Source of the DNA: Squalus acanthias
Taxonomy: Eukaryota
Assembly (NCBI GenBank): GCA_030390025.1
Contig: CM059438.1
Span: forward strand, 60,204,001-60,268,000
Length of the DNA stretch: 64,000 bases
Direction: 5' to 3'
Part shown: piece by piece, positions 50,495 through 61,199 of the stretch
Numbering within the stretch: the first letter of the stretch is position 1
How the letters are laid out: each line of letters starts with the position of its first letter
Notes under the pieces: model-generated
Databases searched by the model: none
Seen by the model: the letters and a program-made list of their open reading frames with translations, nothing else
What the model was told of the DNA's origin: nothing
Made by a program: the position numbers and the translations under genes

Positions 50495-53400
50495 CTATTT
50501 CTTATGTTCAATTGCTGGATACTTTGGCCTCTGGAATTTCTTCCCAAATTTTTCTAAAATAGGAGACAGAATGACACCTTTCTGGCGTTTTCTCTTCTGG
50601 GTTTTTGTTCCAAGTTGCAGCTTCTTTAATGAATGATTCATGCCCTGCATTTCTTCAACCACCGCCAATTAGTCTGGCCCAGCTTCTGCACTGCCGTAGC
50701 ACCGAACTGTGCCCCAGTGTGGAGAATAGTGCACAGTCTTGGACACTATTATAGGAAGGACACAGAAGCAATGGGAAAGGTGCAGTGTGGATTCACTGGG
50801 ATGTTACCAGGGATGAGGGCCCACAGTTATGCAGAGAAACTTGAGACGGTGGGGCTTTTCTTCACCGGATCTGAGAAAGGTGACCTGATAGAGGTCTTTA
50901 AGATTGTGAAAGTTTCTGAGCAGGTAAGTCCTGAGAGATTGTTTCCACTGTCCCCAACATGATAGTTAGAGGGCCTAAAATTCCAATAATCACAGAAAGA
51001 ATTAAAGGAGAGGGTGAAACAAATTCTTTTCACAGAGGCTGATTGGAATCTGGAATTTTCGGCCACAAACCAGTGTTGAAGCAAATCCGTCGATTCTTTT
51101 AAAAGGGAATTAGATAGTTGCTTGAAAAAGAGGAATATTAAAAGGGAATGGGCCGAGTTGGACCAGGCAGTGGCTCACATGGAGAGAAACACTACAACAG
51201 ACAGGGTGGGACAAGGCCACGGAGGGACTTAGAGGGAAGGACGAGGCTTTTGAATTGAATTGTGACTCATCCAGGACTGACGACCAACTGTATTCTCCAC
51301 CCTCCTTGCACCACTGATGGGCTTTGTGTTGTCTGACAAGCATCCCGACAACACAAAGTCAATTGGGGAGTTGAGAGAAGTGGTGAAGAGGTGGAACTGG
51401 ATGTCATCAGCATACCATGGAAAGATGATTCTGTGTCTCCACATGATGTTACCGAGGGGCAGCATACAATTACATGTGTGTATACACGTACTTATAAGAA
51501 CAAACAAGTACATACAGGCACATATACTTACCCATAAATACAGACAGGTACAGGTACTTCTAAGTATATACAAATACATACAACTACACATCGGTACTTC
51601 AAGGTACATCGAGATAAATACGGGTACATACAATATATGAAATGAGTATTCTACCAACTGGGACTGTGCTATAAATGTGTCCTTTACCACATCACCCACA
51701 TCCGAAGAACAGATAATCTAATAGAACAGTTTTCCTGTCAGACATTAACTGCCATGGAACTCCATTCCAATGAGGAAATATCAATGATTTCCCTGGGAAA
51801 TAAGTCGCATTTATGACTACAGAGAGTGAGGGCGGAGCCAGTATTAACCCACGGTGTGGACTGTGGGATTATTGCACAATTACTGAGTAATCGGACACAC
51901 CGACATCCACATACATCCCACACAGTAAAATGTGTCTCCGTCGAGACCCTGCCAGCCTCCCGCCCACTGGGCTCGTTTCTCAAACACCCCCCGGGCACCA
52001 GCCCTCAGACTGGGTCACTTTCCTTGGCATCCAAGTGGGTTCCAGAAATATCCGATCCTGTTATGATGTCGCTCTCGACTCTAACCAAGTCCCTCCATCA
52101 ATCCTTTCATTGTCGTATTGTGTCATTCATTAAAAGGAAATACTTACTCATAGCTTTTTTGCCTAATTTCCATGCAGATTTAATTAGTTTACGGAAAAAT
52201 CGTTTCTGGATGTGGTCACCGCTTGCTGACTCTAAAGAAACAGGATGAGACACGGTGCTGGTTAGTATTCAGGATTCTCTGTGTTTGGTAAAGTTTGCTA
52301 GTTATCACTGAGCACTGGGTGACTTTCATGTTGACAAATGTATATGACAGTGTTCAGTGCTTCAGTGCCAACAGCAAATGTATTCCCAATAAAAATCCTG
52401 TCAAATCTCCTTTCTTGATGTTTTATTCTGCAGTTTATACAGACTGACACAAAATAGCACAGCCTCTCTGGGAATACGAGCAGTGTGGCCCCTTAAATGG
52501 GACCCACTCCCTCCTGACCCAGATAACCTCCTTATTCTGACCGGGCTGAGATCAGCTCACTCTGCGCAGACCAAGGATCAAACCTGGACCAGGAGTGGGC
52601 CATTCAGCCCCTCCGCCATTCAATGAGATCATGGCTGCTCTGTACCTCAGCGCCATTTCCCCACCTTAGCCCAACATCCCTTGATACCCTTACCCAACAA
52701 ACAGCTGTCGATCTCAGTCTTGAAAGCTCCAATTGACCCCCAGCATCCACAGCCTTTTGTGGGAGAGAGTTCCAGATTTCCACTACCCGTCCTGTGAAAA
52801 AGTGCTTCCTGATTTCACTCCTGAACGGCCGAGCTCTAATTTTAAGATTGTGTTCCCTCGTTCTTGACTCCCCCATCAGAGGAAATAGTTTCTGTGTCTA
52901 CCCTCTCAAATCATTTTAACATTTCAAACACCTCGATCAGATCACCCCTCAATCATCTAAACTCAAGGGAATACAAGCCAAGTTTATGCAAGCTGTCCTC
53001 ATTATTTAACCCTCTAAGCCCGGTATCATTCTGGTGAATCTGCGCTGCACCCCTTTCAAGGTCAATATATTCTTCCTGAGGTGCGGTGCCCAGAACAGAA
53101 CAGACTGCTCCAGATGGGGTCTGACCAAGGCTCAGTACACCTGAAGCATCACTTCCTGCTCTGTGTCTCAGCAGCAAAGGACCTTTATTGTGGAGCGACA
53201 GACTGACTTGTTAATGTTCCTGACACTTACCGAGGTCTCGATTCTGTGGGTCGCGAACCTCAGACTCAGAATCAGCCAATTCACGCAGCGCCTCTTCTGA
53301 AATGAATAGAAAGTGTTGTATTTTAACACGGCTACCAGTATAGATTATCTCCTCACATTATCAGTTATCTCCACGATTACTCCAATATTCAAAGCAGCTG

Positions 53401-55083
53401 ACTGGAGATGTTTGCTGTCTCCTCATAGAATTACACAGAATGTACAGCACAGAAACAGGCCATTCGGCCCAACTGGTCTGTGTCGGTGTTTATGTTCCAC
53501 ACCAGTCTCCTCCCACCCTACTTCATCTCACTCTATCAGCATCTCCTTCTATTCCTTTCTCCCACAGGTACTTATCTAGCTTCCCCTTAAATGCATCTCT
53601 GCTATTCGCCTCAACTACTCCTTGTGGTCGTGAGTTCCACATTCTCACCACTCTCTGGGTAAAGGAATTCCTCCTGAATTCCCTATTGGATTTATTAGTG
53701 ACTATCTTATATTCATAAACCCTAGTTTGGAGTCCACCAGAAGTGGAGATAGTGTCTCCACATCTACGCTATCGAACCTCTTAATAATGTTAAAGATCTC
53801 TATTAGGTCCCCCCTCAGCCTTCTCTTTTCTATTTTCACTAATTCACTTTCCACTCAAACCCCCACAACAGATACTCCAAGATAGACTACTGCTTCCTGA
53901 AGCAATCCCACCTATCCCAAATCACACACTGTGAAATAGGGTAAAGAGTGGGAAGAGATGTGTGCTGCTCCTCCTCAGTTACTTTTTATTCCTGTTTTAC
54001 TCGGGCCGTGTGTCAGTGTAGGTTCCTGACAATAGAAACCCTGGAAACCTACATTTCTCAGCCCATTGCACACAGTGGATGGAGAGGCTGCCCCTGGACT
54101 CACTCACACTTCAGTCTGTTTCCCCTCCTTTCGTTCCCCATCAGTGTCATTTCAGGGTGACTGTGGGCCTTGTGTTTTCCTCTCCAATGTTTCTCCATTC
54201 CTGCCCACTCATTAAGATGCTGACCCATTCACTGGGATAGGCTCCATGGCCATGGTCACCCTGGAGGTTGCGGGAGCCTCGACAGGAAGTGTTGGCAGGC
54301 TATGTGACTGAGGAGGGAGTCCCAGCCCAGGATTCTGCCCTCAGACACTGACCCTCAACAGAGAATGTTCACAGCGATCGAGAGTGGCATTCGTGGCCAA
54401 TCTCCCCTTTTCTAACCCAGGGCACTGCCCCAGATTGTGATGCCCCTTAGATCCTCTCACTCAGCGCAGATCCGGGGGCGGGTGGGACCTGGTCTGCAAG
54501 GCAGAGAAACGCATGGACATGTTAACAGTACTAACACTTACCCAGCTCTCGCATCTGTGCATCATTTACGTCAGATTCCCCACGCAGTGCCTCTTCTGGA
54601 ATAAATAGAACATGTTATATTTTATCCTGGAATTTCAGTGCAGAATATTTCCTAAATTACGGCCTGTCTCTCTGTTTAATGTAGTCCACACAGCTGAGTT
54701 CAGTCGCACCTGTATAATGGGCTGGTGTCTAAGCAATCCGCAATCTCCCGTTTTACACCAACACCGACAGTTAAATTCAGCCCTTTACTGTGGCCCAGTA
54801 TCTAACGCATTGCTGAAATCTGAATATCTGGCACCCACACAATTTCTGTGGCCAGCAAGCTTCAACATTTCTTCGAATTCCTCCAGTAAACTTGTTGGGC
54901 AAGCCCTTCTTCCCATAATTCCGTGCCCACTCCCTCTAACCCTACCATATCCCAGTTGGCTCATCTGAGCTCAGACCCCAATTGAACAGTTAATTAGTGT
55001 TATAATCACTCACCGGCCCCAGCAGAATGGAGGGCGATCGCACACAACGCGGCCAACAGCACTAGAAGAGAAAGTGGCTTCAT
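50495..55083 (-). CDS. Secreted cationic peptide precursor, copy B. Exons 55083-55014, 54595-54542, 53296-53231, 52231-52148, 50553-50495; 110 aa
   Basis: [110 protein letters not shown]. Canonical phase-1 splice sites; exon 4 is 84 nt. Confidence 0.85.
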
Positions 55084-55131
55084 TTTCCCGAGCTGTGATG
55101 TCGAGTGATGAGCTGCACTCTCCTCCGGTCC

Positions 55132-55288
55132 TTTATATACCGTCTTATCATCGCATCTCAGAATTGGTCCCAATCTCACTTTCCAAGAATCCCCTTGTCC
55201 ATTGTCAGGACAATGCTCACCTGGTTGATAATCTGATTCCAGGTAACGGCCGTGACAGATAGTAGAATGACAAACCTCAAATGAGTCA
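55132..55288 (-). promoter_or_regulatory. Promoter of peptide gene B: TATA 55132-55139, GAS 55181-55189, AP-1 55282-55288
   Basis: Same motifs as copy A. Confidence 0.65.
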
Positions 55289-56189
55289 CCGCCTGTCTTT
55301 AAAGCATTCATTGTTATTTCATCTTTTATTACCAGAACTGATAAACAAATGAAGATTGCCTATACTCATTGGAGTTTAGAAGAATGAGAGGTGATCTTCT
55401 TGAAACGTATAAGATTCTGAGGGGGCTTGACAAGGTAGATGCAGGTAGGATGTTTCCCCTTGGGGGGAATCTAGAACTGGGGGCATAGTTTCAGAATAAG
55501 GGGTCGCCCCTTTAAAACGGAGATGAGGAGGAATTTCTTCTCTCAGAGGGTTGTGAATCTTTGGAATTCTCTACCCGAGAGCTGTGGTGGCTGGGTTATT
55601 AAATATATTTAAGGTGGAGATAGACAGATTTTTGAACGATAAGGGAGTCAAGGGTTATGGGGAATGGACAGGAAAGTGGAGTTGAGGCCAAGACCAGATC
55701 AACCATGATCATATCGAATGGCGGAGCAGGCTCGAGGGACAAATGGCCTACTCCTGCTCCTATTTCTTATGTTCTTATGTTCTTATTGCTGCATATCCGA
55801 GAGAGTCCCAATGTGAGTCACACAATGAGATCGATAAATTCTAGGGAGCAGGGCTGGTGAGGACAAAAGGGGAAGTCAGTGGGGAAAATAATTCAATGTT
55901 TATGATTACTTCAAACACCGGGTGCAAAGAGATGATGGACCTCTTTGTCTTCAAGATTGAGACCATCTCCACAGCTGACTCTGCCAATTCTCCCCTTTCT
56001 CTCCTTCTTGCTCCTGACTTTCCCCACACTCTGCAACCCTGTACAGCCCAGATCCCCATTACTCTGCAGCTTCTCTCCATCTCTCCCATGCCCGTCTCTA
56101 GAACCCTACTCCACTCTTGACCACTCAACTCTTGGCCACTCAATGTTTGCTCCTGGACCCCTTGCTAGTGGACATTGTTAACAGCGCCT

Positions 56190-57550
56190 ATTCCTTAGGA
56201 AACATTGTTTCCCCTTTCAAAACTGCCACCATCAGCCCCTCCTCAGAAAACCAAGCTTGACCCCATCGGTGCTCTCCAACAAGTGCCCCATCTCTAACCT
56301 CCCTTTCCTCTGTTAGATCGTCCAATACATTATCACCTCCCAACTCCATGCTCATCTCCCTCAATACAGTCTGTCTGAATCTATCCAGTATGTTTTCCAC
56401 CCTCCCCACAACATTGAGACAGCTCTGTATAAATTCACAAAATGACGTTGTGTGTGACTATGGTGCAGAATCCCTTCTTGTCCTCTGCTGCTCCACAGTG
56501 TTTGATACAGTTGTTCACACCATCCTCCTCCATCGCCTGTCCTTCATTGTCCAGCTCTTTGAGACTACCCTCGGATGGCTAAACATCAACCTCTCTGAAT
56601 CTGCCCAGCACAACCCCAGCAATGGCTTCTCTTCACAACCCTGAGCCACTACCTCTGGAATCCCCCAAGGATCTAACCTTGGCCCCTTCCTCTTCCTCAT
56701 CTACAAGCTGCCCCTTTGATGAAATCATCTGCAGACACAGGATCAGTCTCCACATGTATGTTGATGACATCTAGTGCCATCTCTCCATCACCTGGCTCAA
56801 CCCCTCAACCTCCTCTGTGCTGTCAGATTAACTCTCTGACATCGAGTCACAGATCAGTCACGACTTCCTCCAACTAAACATCGGGAAGTCTGAAGCCGTG
56901 ATTTTTATCCCTCGTCATCAACTCCGCTTGCTTCCCACTGACTCCATCCCCCTGTCCAGCCACACTCGCACTGAACCAGGCCACACAGAACCTTGGCACC
57001 TTGTCCGCCCCACAACTGAGCTTCGAATACCAGATCCTTTCCACCAGCACGACCGATTATTTCCACCCCCACAACTTTACCTTCTCTTCAACCCCTAAAA
57101 AGTTTACTCAAGACTCTGTTACCTCAGGACTCAATCATTCCAATGCCCCCCTCATCGGTCTCCTATCCTCCTACTTGATTAAAACCCATCTGCCCGCCTG
57201 CTGTCCCACTTTGAGTTCTGCTCGCTCTGTACCTCATCCTCGCCTACATTTGCTCGTTGTCCCCAATGTTTCATTTTCAAATCCTGGTGCTGATCTTCAG
57301 ATCCGTGCTGGCTTCACCCACCCTGTCTCTGCAACCTCCGACAGCCTTCCATCCCCACCATATCATTCAGCCCTCCGACTCTGACCTCTTGTATATCCCC
57401 GCCTCCCTCCCTTCACCCCACCTTTGGTGATAGATCCCTGGAGCTCCCTTTCTAACCCTCCCCGTCTCTCCACATCTCCCTCCGCCTTTAAAAAGCTTCT
57501 CATTACCGTCTCTTCAACCTCTCTTCTGATCACCCCTCCTACTCCCCTCA
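56190..57550 (+). mobile_element. Old L2-like LINE RT remnant, mostly deleted in copy A
   Basis: Fragments FKTATISP, FDTVVHTILLHRL, GIPQGSNLGPFLFLIY, HMYVDDI. Confidence 0.75.
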
Positions 57551-57599
57551 CTGTTGCTGTTGCTCTTGCTGAACCTACTCCACGGGGAGAGGTGCATCT

Positions 57600-58485
57600 T
57601 GCTCCAGGGAGCCTGCAGTGATAATGCAGGAAGGGTTAGCGTGCAGCGCATGTGGCCACGAGAGGAGGATGTGTATGATGAGATAGGGAGGTTGAGAGTG
57701 AGTATAGCTTTGGGTGATTACGGATAAGGAATAGTTCAGCATCTGCAAGGAAGCTGCAGTGGCCACATACCTCTATGCGAGATGCCCCTGCTCTGCCTCT
57801 GGCCACGGGGTCTGCCACTCCCCTCCCGATCACGGCTAGCACTGCCTCCTCAAGGGGAATGATCTCCTGAATTTGTGCTTCCCCTCCCCTGGTCAGGTCC
57901 TTCTGTCGCCTGTTATGTGCTAATATTTCCTGGAAGAGATGGAGTAGTGATTGTGAATGAGTGTATTGGCAGCAACCGGGCCATTCACAATTTCACGCGA
58001 AACTTTACATTGAAAAACCCGGCCCTGGGCTGCTTGTGTGTGTGTGATGCCTCACATGGTTGAAGAGCTGCGAGATGTGTCTGAGGTATGAGTAGTGCCT
58101 GTGAAGGATGCAATAGTGGGGGCGGGCGGGGTGTGAATGTCAGTGTATAGTTCGATGGTAGATGAAGTGTGTTGAGGTTGTGATGTTGGTGGTGGTGGTG
58201 CAGTTATTGAGAAGTGTGCTTATGAGGTGGGATCTTACCTTGACCACTCGTGTCAAGTCATTAAGCTTCTTGCAACACTGGAGCCTATCCTGGGGCCAGG
58301 GCTCCTGGCTGTGACCTCCCGGGCGATCTCTTCCCACATGCGCTGCATTAGCTGCCTCTGTGGCCTCCTTCCCCCCTGCGGGTAGAGGACATCACTCCTC
58401 CTCTCTACCTCCCCCAACAGGACCTCCAGTGCCACATCGGAGAAGCTGTGCACCCTCTCTCTTGCTCCTTGCGACATCCTTCCAC
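57600..58485 (-). pseudogene. Myb/SANT-like DNA-binding gene remnant of PIF/Harbinger type (partial in copy A at ~27090-27775)
   Basis: RERVHSFSDVALEVLLGEVERRSDVLYP...WEEIAREVTARS, then a frameshift, LQCCKKLNDLTRVVK|GTAAG. A second exon follows a TCTTCCAG acceptor near 57930. Confidence 0.65.
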
Positions 58486-59101
58486 TCCCAGCCATCGCAC
58501 TCCACACCTTCAGCGGAAGTGGGTGAGTGCAGGCGACATACACAGCTCCAGAAAAAATGCATCTATTCAGCACTTGAGTGTTAAACCTGCGGGTTTCTGG
58601 TTAGCGCCTGCAGGCCCGTTCAAATCATGATGATCATCCATTAGCCCGAAAATTGGGTGCTAAATCCAGACTTTCAAACAGGCGTTTCCGATTAGCACAC
58701 CACCTATTTCACGCCTGTTTTCACCCTTTGGCCAAAATAACCCCCTTTCACTTCGAAAACACAGGAGGAACCATCTTGTGCGACAGTGTTCTGGTGAGCT
58801 GGATCAGTGTCCAAAGAAGAACAGAGTTTCCATATATTACTCTAGAATATCGAGGTGCAGTGTCTGCAATCGATGTTTCACATGAAAAGACATTGAACGA
58901 TGCTCATTAACATCATTCCTTACAGAACACTTGTTACATTGTTGTCTTTGATTGCAAATTAGTTGAAAACTTGATAATAAAAATTACAAAGAAGCTTTGG
59001 CCATTTTCTCAGCGCCCCTTTAAGGGCCGCTGGTTCGGCCGCTCAACGCCGGTACAAGTGGGCGGAGCCAGTCCAGCACCGATTTGCCCGTTTGTGACAC
59101 A

Positions 59102-60754
59102 TGTAAGGGTTTGCGTGCGTGTCTCTCAGCCTGTGAGATTCGCGCGGCTCTGTGCAGCCTGTATGTCAGTGCGGGTTTAGGCCTTGTTGCCTGTTCTGGT
59201 CTCCAGCCAGTCTGGGAACACTAGACACACCTGTGAGTGGTTCGAATCACTCGCCCTTACGGTTCTAGACACTGGACTTAGATGCGAGAGCAGTAATGGA
59301 GATGAAACTCATGTAGACTCGGTTGAATGGTACGAAATGGAAAAATCTTTATTGCATAATATTTAAGATTACGAAATACATGTCATAAGCACAGATTAAT
59401 GACAGTACAATCTTACACGCAGTTATGTAGCTAATTCTAGGGAAACGAGGAACGAACGACACACCGTAAATGGGGGCACACATTACAAGTATCCTTAATA
59501 CTTAAACCCTCCCCTATCAATATCTGTCCTAGCTAGATTCGTAGGATTCGAGACTCATGCTCACCACTCGTGATAACTCAGAGAAATTCCGAATAGCTGA
59601 TCGGATGTTTTCACCGCAGCACCCACGTGTCGATCAGGGGGTCTCCTGGCCCTACTTGTTTACTTGCTTCTGCTCCGGCTAGCAGGCTGGAACGTCTGTT
59701 GTGATGAAGATCTGTGTTGGTTGGTTTAACATATCAGTCAACACTTAAGAGAATAATCTCTCGGTGTCCGTCATGAGGATCTGCCCTGATGGGTTTCACA
59801 GATCAGTCAATATCTTCAAGGAGAATCTTCCGGGGTCCGTTCTTTAAAGTTCAAAGAAGTCTTCCTGGCAAGGAAAAATGTCTATTCGACCTACAGGCGC
59901 GGTCGGGGCTTACTGACCGTGGCGATAAGTATGGTCTTCGTCTCTTCTCATCTCATCTCATCTCTTCTCGGGCCTTTGGTTCCGATGCCGGTTACCAACA
60001 TAGGTCTTCGTGACACGACACGAGTTCAACAATCTTTTTAAAAGAGACACCAGGCAAGCAGGAACAAGACGGCGAGTCAAGAACACAGGAGCAGCCACGA
60101 GGATAAGAGTCAATCGGATAAGAGAAAGATGGACGGTTGGAGCTTGTAATTATAGTACAAAATCTTCCGTTTCCCGCCCAACCTTAATGCCTTTTCTTTT
60201 GTTTGGGTTTGGCGCTCAAATGTCTTGTATAGGTGATCTCCGTTTTTAATGGGTTTCGGGGCTACTCGTAAATGTCTGAGTACCTGTTAATATTTCTCCC
60301 ATTGTTAAATCGGTCGGTGTTCTCCCTGGAGGGGTTTTGGGGCTTCCAAGTGTTTTCTGTAACTACCCGCTAACGGCTCTCTCATCGTAGAGTCGTTGGG
60401 ATTTTACATATTAATGTCTTTGGATGGGCCCTTGATTACTTGGTACAATAGCCTTTATTCGTACCCGGGAGACCGATTTCAGTATTTATGTGTATACTGC
60501 AAACCCATGATGTCTCGTGTGTTATCTTCAATGTGCTGAATCTTAATCGATCTTGCACAAATGTTTATTGGAACGCCATCTTGTCTGCCTGTTGAAAAGT
60601 CTAGAATGTTCCGCCACGAGGTGCGGCGGCCATTTTACAGGCTGCTTGTGTCCACTTTGAAAACCTGACAGCATTCTGCTGAAATAAAGCTGTTTGAACA
60701 AAACTATGTGTTTTCTCCTTATTTATAAAATCGCGATATATTGCGAATTCTACA
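59102..60754 (-). repeat. 3' LTR (~1.65 kb) of an env-bearing endogenous retrovirus-like element
   Basis: Minus-strand termini TGTA...TACA, preceded by purine tract AGGAGGGAC (60755-60763). AATAAA at 59348-59353. Starts exactly where homology to the empty site in copy A (30273) stops. Confidence 0.88.
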
Positions 60755-61199
60755 GTCCCTCCTGTTGATGCGAATAACTCCGCTTATCGTATCAAAAATA
60801 TTGTGGTGAGCAATATTATCTCGATTTTCTCCGAATCCAGAAAATTAATCCCATAACTTAACCTAGCTAGGGTCTTTGTGTCGTCCTTATTTCCCAAGAA
60901 AACTACATTTTATAGCACCGTAGGCATTATTTGCCTTTAAACTTACACCACTTGTTTTCCTTCCCGGCGAAACCAGGCCGATGCCTCTCGTATCACCTGT
61001 ATATTCATCTTTTATTCAGGGAAAGGAAAAACAAAACCCAAAACCAAACAATCATTTTTAACTATAACACCATCACCAAAATAATCAACACCAACTCTTA
61101 ACATGTCGAGTTCCAAACGTATTTACAGTCTTTGAAAATCATGATCGAGTACAAACTTCCGCGGCGCACGTGGCGAGCGGGAGTGACGCCATTTTCCGA

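Larger units (their letters stand above)
49665..59101. repeat. Segmental duplication, copy B
   Basis: Colinear near-identity with 19911-30273, as reflected in paired ORFs in the track. Confidence 0.97.
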
